From the NCBI RefSeq assembly GCF_000284455.1, contig NC_017039.1, positions 2,580,001-2,612,000 of the forward strand: 32,000 nt of DNA. Direction: 5' to 3'. Source of the stretch: Synechocystis sp. PCC 6803 substr. PCC-P (GTDB lineage: Bacteria; Cyanobacteriota; Cyanobacteriia; Cyanobacteriales; Microcystaceae). The position numbers and the translations under genes were made by a program. Positions 25,639 to 32,000 of the stretch are shown in pieces (positions within the stretch are counted from its first letter, which is position 1; the number at the start of each line of letters is the position of its first letter). The notes beneath the pieces were generated by a model. The model ran no database searches. It was not told the DNA's origin and saw only the letters and a program-made list of their open reading frames with translations.

Positions 25639-27885
25639 ATGGCCACCACCGTACAACTCAGCGACCAATCCCTCCGTCAGCTAGAAACCCTCGCCATCCA
25701 CACCGCCCACCTGATTCAGCCCCACGGTTTAGTGGTGGTCCTGCAGGAACCAGACCTCACCATCAGCCAAATTAGCGCCAACTGCACCGGCATTTTAGGG
25801 CGATCGCCAGAGGATTTGTTGGGCAGAACCCTAGGGGAAGTGTTTGATAGCTTTCAGATTGATCCCATCCAGAGTCGCCTAACGGCCGGACAAATCAGCA
25901 GCCTCAACCCCAGTAAACTTTGGGCGCGGGTCATGGGGGACGACTTTGTCATTTTTGACGGGGTTTTTCATCGCAACAGTGACGGTTTATTGGTATGTGA
26001 ACTAGAGCCAGCCTACACTTCCGATAATCTGCCCTTCCTCGGTTTTTATCACATGGCCAACGCTGCCCTGAATCGGTTGCGCCAACAAGCTAATCTACGG
26101 GATTTCTACGATGTTATTGTCGAAGAAGTCCGCCGTATGACTGGCTTTGACCGGGTGATGCTATACCGCTTTGATGAAAATAACCACGGTGATGTCATTG
26201 CCGAAGATAAACGGGATGATATGGAACCCTATTTGGGCCTGCACTATCCCGAATCGGATATTCCCCAACCCGCCCGTCGGCTATTTATCCACAACCCCAT
26301 TCGAGTAATTCCCGATGTTTATGGTGTGGCGGTGCCCCTGACCCCAGCGGTTAACCCCAGCACCAACCGAGCGGTGGATTTAACAGAATCCATTCTGCGC
26401 AGTGCGTACCATTGCCACTTGACCTATCTGAAAAATATGGGGGTAGGAGCGTCTTTAACCATTTCCCTAATTAAGGACGGCCATCTCTGGGGGCTCATTG
26501 CCTGCCACCATCAAACCCCCAAAGTAATTCCCTTTGAACTGCGTAAAGCCTGCGAATTTTTTGGTCGGGTGGTGTTTAGCAACATTTCCGCCCAGGAAGA
26601 TACGGAAACCTTCGATTACCGGGTGCAGTTGGCGGAGCATGAAGCGGTTTTATTGGACAAAATGACCACGGCGGCGGATTTTGTCGAAGGATTAACTAAT
26701 CATCCCGATCGCCTGTTGGGATTAACGGGCTCCCAGGGGGCGGCCATTTGCTTTGGGGAAAAATTGATTTTAGTAGGGGAAACCCCGGACGAGAAAGCAG
26801 TGCAATATTTACTGCAATGGTTGGAGAATCGGGAAGTGCAAGACGTTTTCTTCACCTCTTCCCTCTCACAAATTTATCCTGATGCAGTGAATTTTAAATC
26901 CGTGGCCAGTGGCTTATTGGCCATTCCCATTGCCCGTCACAACTTTTTGCTCTGGTTTCGCCCTGAAGTGTTGCAAACGGTTAATTGGGGCGGTGACCCA
27001 AATCATGCTTACGAAGCTACCCAGGAAGACGGTAAAATCGAGCTCCATCCCCGCCAATCCTTTGACCTCTGGAAAGAAATTGTCCGACTCCAATCTTTGC
27101 CCTGGCAATCGGTGGAAATCCAAAGTGCCCTGGCCCTGAAAAAGGCGATCGTCAACCTCATTTTGCGCCAGGCAGAAGAATTGGCCCAGTTAGCCCGCAA
27201 CTTGGAACGCTCCAACGCTGATTTAAAGAAATTTGCCTACATTGCTTCCCATGATTTACAGGAACCGCTCAACCAAGTGAGCAATTATGTACAACTGCTA
27301 GAAATGCGCTACAGCGAAGCTCTAGACGAAGATGCCAAAGACTTCATCGATTTTGCTGTGACAGGGGTTTCCCTGATGCAGACTTTGATTGATGATATTT
27401 TGACCTACGCCAAGGTAGATACCCAGTATGCCCAACTAACTTTCACCGATGTGCAAGAAGTGGTGGACAAAGCTCTGGCTAACCTGAAGCAACGGATTGA
27501 AGAAAGTGGAGCAGAAATTGAAGTGGGTTCCATGCCCGCAGTAATGGCGGATCAAATTCAGCTCATGCAGGTATTCCAGAACCTGATCGCCAATGGCATC
27601 AAGTTTGCCGGGGACAAGTCACCCAAAATTAAAATCTGGGGCGATCGCCAGGAGGATGCCTGGGTGTTTGCGGTCCAAGACAACGGCATTGGCATTGACC
27701 CCCAATTCTTCGAGCGGATTTTTGTCATTTTCCAACGACTCCACACCAGGGATGAATATAAAGGCACCGGCATGGGGCTAGCCATTTGCAAAAAAATCAT
27801 CGAAGGCCACCAAGGGCAAATTTGGCTAGAGTCCAACCCAGGGGAGGGCTCCACATTCTACTTCTCCATCCCCATTGGCAACTAA
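25639..27885 (+). CDS. cph1: cyanobacterial phytochrome Cph1 (PAS-GAF-PHY photosensory module plus histidine kinase)
   Basis: MATTVQLSDQSLRQLETLAIHTAHLIQPHG is the Cph1 N-terminus I recognise. The bilin-binding Cys lies in SAYHCHLTYL, the H-box is ASHDLQEPL, and the HATPase N/G boxes are present. It is 748 aa from ATG 25639. The track start at 25597 is an upstream extension. Confidence 0.97.
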   Translation: MATTVQLSDQSLRQLETLAIHTAHLIQPHGLVVVLQEPDLTISQISANCTGILGRSPEDLLGRTLGEVFDSFQIDPIQSRLTAGQISSLNPSKLWARVMGDDFVIFDGVFHRNSDGLLVCELEPAYTSDNLPFLGFYHMANAALNRLRQQANLRDFYDVIVEEVRRMTGFDRVMLYRFDENNHGDVIAEDKRDDMEPYLGLHYPESDIPQPARRLFIHNPIRVIPDVYGVAVPLTPAVNPSTNRAVDLTESILRSAYHCHLTYLKNMGVGASLTISLIKDGHLWGLIACHHQTPKVIPFELRKACEFFGRVVFSNISAQEDTETFDYRVQLAEHEAVLLDKMTTAADFVEGLTNHPDRLLGLTGSQGAAICFGEKLILVGETPDEKAVQYLLQWLENREVQDVFFTSSLSQIYPDAVNFKSVASGLLAIPIARHNFLLWFRPEVLQTVNWGGDPNHAYEATQEDGKIELHPRQSFDLWKEIVRLQSLPWQSVEIQSALALKKAIVNLILRQAEELAQLARNLERSNADLKKFAYIASHDLQEPLNQVSNYVQLLEMRYSEALDEDAKDFIDFAVTGVSLMQTLIDDILTYAKVDTQYAQLTFTDVQEVVDKALANLKQRIEESGAEIEVGSMPAVMADQIQLMQVFQNLIANGIKFAGDKSPKIKIWGDRQEDAWVFAVQDNGIGIDPQFFERIFVIFQRLHTRDEYKGTGMGLAICKKIIEGHQGQIWLESNPGEGSTFYFSIPIGN

Positions 27886-27899
27886 AAAGGTATTGAACC

Positions 27900-28343
27900 A
27901 TGTCCGACGAATCTAATCCCCCCAAGGTCATTTTGCTGGTGGAAGATAGCAAAGCCGACAGCCGCCTTGTCCAGGAGGTGTTGAAAACCAGCACCATCGA
28001 CCACGAACTGATCATTCTCCGGGATGGTTTGGCGGCCATGGCCTTTTTACAGCAACAGGGAGAATACGAAAATTCCCCTCGCCCCAACCTAATTTTGCTG
28101 GATTTAAATCTTCCTAAAAAGGATGGCCGGGAAGTGTTGGCGGAAATCAAACAAAACCCGGACCTAAAAAGAATTCCCGTGGTAGTGTTAACCACTTCCC
28201 ACAATGAGGATGATGTGATTGCCAGTTACGAACTCCACGTTAATTGTTATTTAACCAAATCCCGCAATTTGAAGGATTTATTCAAGATGGTGCAAGGGAT
28301 TGAATCCTTTTGGCTAGAAACAGTCACTTTACCGGCAGCTTAA
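27900..28343 (+). CDS. rcp1: single-domain response regulator Rcp1 (cognate to Cph1)
   Basis: CheY-like receiver with LLVEDSKAD, the phospho-acceptor Asp in LILLDLNLPKKDG, and VVLTTS...K. It starts 14 nt after the cph1 stop. Confidence 0.95.
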   Translation: MSDESNPPKVILLVEDSKADSRLVQEVLKTSTIDHELIILRDGLAAMAFLQQQGEYENSPRPNLILLDLNLPKKDGREVLAEIKQNPDLKRIPVVVLTTSHNEDDVIASYELHVNCYLTKSRNLKDLFKMVQGIESFWLETVTLPAA

Positions 28344-28356
28344 TTGGCATCCTCCG

Positions 28357-28375
28357 AATGGCTAACCCAGCCATT
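28357..28375 (+). terminator. candidate terminator hairpin after rcp1
   Basis: AATGGCT-AACCC-AGCCATT forms a perfect 7-bp stem with a 5-nt loop, 14 nt after the rcp1 stop. The downstream T content is only moderate (GTCGTTGTTTGGG). Confidence 0.35.
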
Positions 28376-28532
28376 GTCCACCAGATTGTCGTTGTTTGGG
28401 CGGATAGGAATCTCCTTGCTTTTGGGATGATGATGATATTAAAGCCCCTGAAGTAGGTTCCAAAAAAGCCAACCATTTTGGCGATCGCCGTTTCCAAACC
28501 ATTGATGCCGTAAAGCGTTTGGCGCGGCCAAT

Positions 28533-30542
28533 TTACTTTTTGTGGCCCAAAAGCCGATCACGCAAATGTTGAATGCGGTCTCGGTAGATGGCAGCTACTT
28601 CAAATTCCTGTTTTTTGGCCGCTTCTTGCATTTTTTCCTCCAATTGTTGAATTAAATCGGGGATTTTTTCTAGGGGTAAATCCTGGGCTTGTTCATATAC
28701 TTCCTCCAACTGTTGACTGTTTAAACGACGGGAAATATCAAGAAATTGCAAAATGGCATTGTTAGCCCGTTTATTAATCGGTTGAGGGGTAATACCGTGC
28801 TTTTCGTTATATTCTTGTTGGATTTTCCGCCTCCTTTCCGTTTCGGCGATTGCCTTTTGCATACTGTCGGTGAAATTATCAGCATATAAAATCGCCTGTC
28901 CCCGAATATGACGGGCGGCCCGGCCAATGGTTTGAATTAAAGAACGCTCTGCCCGCAAAAAGCCTTCTTTATCTGCATCCATAATAGCTACTAGGGAAAC
29001 TTCCGGTAAATCTAACCCTTCCCGCAATAAATTTACCCCAATTAACACATCAAATTCCCCGTCTCGTAAAGCTTGTAAAATCTCAATACGTTGAATAGAT
29101 TGAATCTCGGAATGGAGATATTGAACCTTGATGCCCCGTTCAGAAAAATAATCGGTTAAATCCTCCGCCATCCGTTTAGTTAAAGTTGTGATTAATACCC
29201 GTTCTTTCAGCTTTACCCTGGTTTGAATTTCCCCGTATAAATCATCCACCTGGCCGGTGGTGGGACGGACAAAAATTTCCGGATCAAGAACTCCAGTGGG
29301 GCGAATTACCTGCTCAATTACCCTTGCTTCCGATTGCTCTATTTCCCAAACTCCCGGAGTGGCAGAAACAAACACACACTGTTTAACTTTTTGCCAAAAT
29401 TCTTCTGCTTTTAGGGGGCGATTATCCGCCGCACTGGGCAGACGAAAGCCATGGTCAATTAAAACTTTTTTTCTGGCCTGGTCGCCATTATACATACCCC
29501 GCAATTGGGGAATAGTCACATGGGATTCATCAATTACTAATAACCAATCTTCGGGAAAATAATCCACTAAACATTCCGGTGGTTCCCCCGCCTGGCGATC
29601 GGCTAGATAGCGGGAATAATTTTCTACTCCGTTGCAATAGCCCACTTCTCGGAGCATTTCCAAGTCATAACGGGTGCGTTGACTTAATCTTTGAGCTTCT
29701 ACCAACAGATTATTTTTTTCTAAAAAAGCTACCTGTTGTTCCATTTCCGTTTGAATTTGCTGACAGGCTTTTTCTAGGGTTTCTTCTGGGGTGACAAAGT
29801 GACGGGCGGGATAAATGCTGATTCTGTCTAAACTTTGCAAAATTTCGCCGCTGACCGGATCAATTAACCGTAGAGCTTCCACTTCGTCACCAAAAAATTC
29901 GATGCGAATCACCCGATCTTCATAGGCCGGCACAATTTCCAACACATCTCCTTTGAGGCGAAATCGTCCCCGTTGTAATTCCACATCGTTGCGGCTATAT
30001 TGCACATTGACCAAATCCCGAATTACTAGGCGGGGATCATATTCGGCACCCACTTGCAGAGGAACGGCCGCTTTGAGATATTGGCTGGGAATACCCAAAC
30101 CGTAAATGCAACTGATGGAAGCTACCACAATTACATCCCGTCGTTCAAACAGAGAACGGGTGGCGGAGTGACGCAACATATCAATCTCATCGTTGATAGA
30201 AGCCGTTTTTTCGATATAGGTATCGGTGACGGGAATATAGGCTTCTGGCTGGTAATAGTCGTAATAACTAATGAAGTATTCAACCGCGTTTTCGGGAAAA
30301 AATTGCCGCAATTCATTACATAATTGGGCCGCCAAGGTTTTATTGTGGGCTAATACCAATGTTGGTCGTCCCAACTCCGCAATAACCGAAGCCATGGTGA
30401 AGGTTTTCCCCGTTCCCGTTGCCCCCAGCAGGGTTTGAAACTTGTGCTCTCCCTGCAAAGACTCGATCAAACTGGCGATCGCCGTGGGTTGATCTCCGGT
30501 AGGACGAAAGGGCGCATGGAGGGAAAAGAGGTCAGAAGTCAT
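28533..30542 (-). CDS. uvrB: excinuclease ABC subunit B
   Basis: Contains Walker [10 protein letters not shown], the helicase motifs, the beta-hairpin region and the C-terminal UVR domain ([13 protein letters not shown]). The protein is 669 aa. Confidence 0.98.
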   Translation of the reverse strand: MTSDLFSLHAPFRPTGDQPTAIASLIESLQGEHKFQTLLGATGTGKTFTMASVIAELGRPTLVLAHNKTLAAQLCNELRQFFPENAVEYFISYYDYYQPEAYIPVTDTYIEKTASINDEIDMLRHSATRSLFERRDVIVVASISCIYGLGIPSQYLKAAVPLQVGAEYDPRLVIRDLVNVQYSRNDVELQRGRFRLKGDVLEIVPAYEDRVIRIEFFGDEVEALRLIDPVSGEILQSLDRISIYPARHFVTPEETLEKACQQIQTEMEQQVAFLEKNNLLVEAQRLSQRTRYDLEMLREVGYCNGVENYSRYLADRQAGEPPECLVDYFPEDWLLVIDESHVTIPQLRGMYNGDQARKKVLIDHGFRLPSAADNRPLKAEEFWQKVKQCVFVSATPGVWEIEQSEARVIEQVIRPTGVLDPEIFVRPTTGQVDDLYGEIQTRVKLKERVLITTLTKRMAEDLTDYFSERGIKVQYLHSEIQSIQRIEILQALRDGEFDVLIGVNLLREGLDLPEVSLVAIMDADKEGFLRAERSLIQTIGRAARHIRGQAILYADNFTDSMQKAIAETERRRKIQQEYNEKHGITPQPINKRANNAILQFLDISRRLNSQQLEEVYEQAQDLPLEKIPDLIQQLEEKMQEAAKKQEFEVAAIYRDRIQHLRDRLLGHKK

Positions 30543-30718
30543 GGCGGCAAAGGAGCTATAGTCTGGGATAATAGGGCTGATTAAAGATAACTATCGTGGC
30601 TGGCCATTCAGCGGTGTATCTTTGAAGACAAGCAGAGTAATGCTAACAAAACACGGTGGGTGGCCTGTCTGTCTCGCACAGTGCTTTATTGTTGATCAAT
30701 TAATCGAATATTTATATT

Positions 30719-30724
30719 AAGGAG
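30719..30724 (+). promoter_or_regulatory. Shine-Dalgarno sequence for the 30734 CDS
   Basis: AAGGAG lies 9 nt upstream of ATG 30734. Confidence 0.5.
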
Positions 30725-30733
30725 ATAAACAGC

Positions 30734-31144
30734 ATGACTGAGGAACAGCAGGGGCCCAACACCACCCCCAACGAAGAAACCGCCAGCAAAACCACTGCCG
30801 CTAACCGGAGCCGTCGTCCTAGAGCCGGTTCCAGCAAAGATGAGTCCGCCTTGGTGAAGCCCAAGCATATCGGTGGTCTTGATCTACTGCCTACCCCCAA
30901 GGGCATGCCCACTAATCGACCGATTGAAGCCAGCAAGATCCATGTGGTAAGTACTTATGGTTCTATGGGAGCCACCAGACCAGTGGGGGCCAGCACCATG
31001 GAAGTGAGCAGTACCATGACCGTTTCCGGTAATCGCCCCATTGCCCTGAGCCATCTCCACATCAGCGAAATCACCGCTGGCAATCGTCCCGTAGCTTCCA
31101 ACGAGATTGATGATCCCAACACCCTGATGGGCTACCTGGATTAG
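30734..31144 (+). CDS. hypothetical low-complexity protein with four G-x-[NT]-R-P-[IV] repeats
   Basis: It has a strong SD. The N-terminus is basic and polar (RSRRPRAGSSKD). There are four spaced motifs: TNRPIEAS, ATRPVGAS, GNRPIALS and GNRPVASN. The C-terminus is acidic. No family recognised. Confidence 0.65.
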   Translation: MTEEQQGPNTTPNEETASKTTAANRSRRPRAGSSKDESALVKPKHIGGLDLLPTPKGMPTNRPIEASKIHVVSTYGSMGATRPVGASTMEVSSTMTVSGNRPIALSHLHISEITAGNRPVASNEIDDPNTLMGYLD

Positions 31145-31243
31145 TCTTGCGGTGGGAATTTTTGCTTTGTTCCCTTACCCTGAACTCCCATCTAGGCGAT
31201 CGCCAGGGGCATAGTTAATCAAAACAGGTCTACTAAAAATGAG

Positions 31244-31276
31244 CCTCCAGCTTCGGAAACTATGGCCGACTGGAGG
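31244..31276. terminator. bidirectional intrinsic terminator between the convergent 30734 CDS and psbX
   Basis: CCTCCAG...CTGGAGG forms 7 bp, with an inner TCGG/CCGA extension across a 2-nt bulge. TTTT (31277-31280) follows on the plus strand. AAAAA (31235-31239) gives a T-run on the minus strand. Confidence 0.6.
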
Positions 31277-31307
31277 TTTTCACTATCTAAATTGTCCAGG
31301 GAAAAAC

Positions 31308-31427
31308 CTAGGAACGGGTGATTTTGTCTTTTTGGCTGATGAAAATTAACCCGACGGTGGCGGGGATCAGCACAATGGCAGCCCCTAAAACCAGGCTCCA
31401 GAGAAAGTTTGCTAAAGAAGGGGTCAT
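31308..31427 (-). CDS. psbX: photosystem II reaction-centre protein X (PsbX), 39 aa
   Basis: Hand translation of the minus strand from ATG 31427 gives [39 protein letters not shown], then TAG at 31310-31308. This matches the PsbX sequence I remember. It is below the size cut-off of the ORF track. Confidence 0.9.
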
Positions 31428-31543
31428 ATCGCGTTAACCTCATTTTATAAAGACATCGCTCCCCATTCTATCGCCATCGGATGTCAAAGTTAGCCCGTTG
31501 AGGGCAGGATTGCTCCGGGGCCCAAGCCCCTAATTTTTAACCT

Positions 31544-32000
31544 ATGTCGGCTATGTCAGATTTGTCGAATAACTTGAGTTTTATTTCCCCCCCCGTTGCT
31601 TTAGGGAATATTCCCCAACCCCGCTGTTTATCCCTTGGGATAATGGCATCCGGTAGTGGTAGTAATTTTGAGGCGATCGCCAAGGCCATTAAGGAGGGAA
31701 AGTTAAATGCAGTGGTGAAACTGGTGATTTACAACAACCCTAATGCTGGGGTTAGGAAACGGGCCATGGACCATGGGGTGCCCCACCGATTACTCAACCA
31801 TCGGGACTACGACAGCCGGGAAGATTTGGATCAAGATATTGTTGAGCATTTTCGCCAAGCAGGGGTGGAATGGGTGATCATGGCCGGGTGGATGCGTATT
31901 GTCACTCCAGTACTATTAGATGCTTTTAGCCGTCGGGTGTTGAATATCCACCCCAGTTTATTGCCTAGTTTTCGAGGTGTGCGGGCTGTGGAACAGGCCT
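31544..32000 (+). CDS. purN: phosphoribosylglycinamide formyltransferase PurN, N-terminal part (runs off the window end)
   Basis: The frame is open to the window end. It contains GIMASGSGSNFEAIAKAI, the MAGWMRIV pattern and NIHPSLLPSFRG (formyltransferase active-site motif). The start is uncertain: ATG 31544, 31553 or 31643. Confidence 0.88.
   Translation, partial: MSAMSDLSNNLSFISPPVALGNIPQPRCLSLGIMASGSGSNFEAIAKAIKEGKLNAVVKLVIYNNPNAGVRKRAMDHGVPHRLLNHRDYDSREDLDQDIVEHFRQAGVEWVIMAGWMRIVTPVLLDAFSRRVLNIHPSLLPSFRGVRAVEQA

Noticed and set aside
25407-25649. An 80-aa minus-strand ORF overlapping the cph1 start.
   Set aside because: It has no recognisable motifs and overlaps the cph1 ATG. It is antisense to the equally weak 45-codon plus-strand ORF. 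I cannot support either as a gene from sequence alone.
28344-28532. A 47-codon minus-strand ORF (MVWKRRSPKWLAFLEPTSG...) in the rcp1-uvrB convergent spacer.
   Set aside because: It has no SD, no motif and low-complexity sequence. It would sit immediately downstream of uvrB and overlap the rcp1 terminator hairpin. It is most likely non-coding.
1-32000. A search for CRISPR arrays, IS elements or transposases, integrases, rRNA, and tandem repeats longer than about 20 nt.
   Set aside because: None was found by eye. The only pervasive repeat is the 8-nt HIP1 palindrome, and the only direct repeats seen are the short ones listed above.

Overview
This is a chromosomal window from a cyanobacterium. 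It looks like Synechocystis sp. PCC 6803, identified from memory rather than a search. The grounds are the Cph1/Rcp1 phytochrome pair, PilB1, GrpE-DnaK1, PsbX, NatA, and about three dozen copies of the HIP1 palindrome GCGATCGC by eye count. Most of the window is densely packed housekeeping genes: dnaK, grpE, pilB, ribD, accC, fmt, rpsD, uvrB, purN, one tRNA-Ala and psbX. I saw no CRISPR array, transposase, integrase or rRNA. Five places deserve a second look. (1) A strongly AT-rich, single-gene insert of about 1.4 kb lies between natA and rpsD. Its protein has an AbiGi-like (abortive infection) motif series fused to an uncharacterised, probably coiled-coil C-terminal module. It is the best candidate for an undescribed stand-alone defence gene. 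(2) A tightly packed minus-strand trio consists of a ProA-family paralog, a 67-aa two-helix membrane ORF, and an AI-2E family permease. The ProA paralog has Val where the catalytic Cys should be, and the 67-aa ORF is joined to the permease by an ATGA stop/start overlap. (3) A phasin-like and patatin-like cluster, in which the patatin gene switches from GC-normal to very AT-rich midway. (4) A small, probably disordered protein with four regularly spaced G-x-[NT]-R-P-[IV] motifs. (5) psbX (39 aa), which is absent from the supplied ORF track, with a bidirectional terminator hairpin downstream. All family assignments come from reading motifs by eye, and no searches were run.
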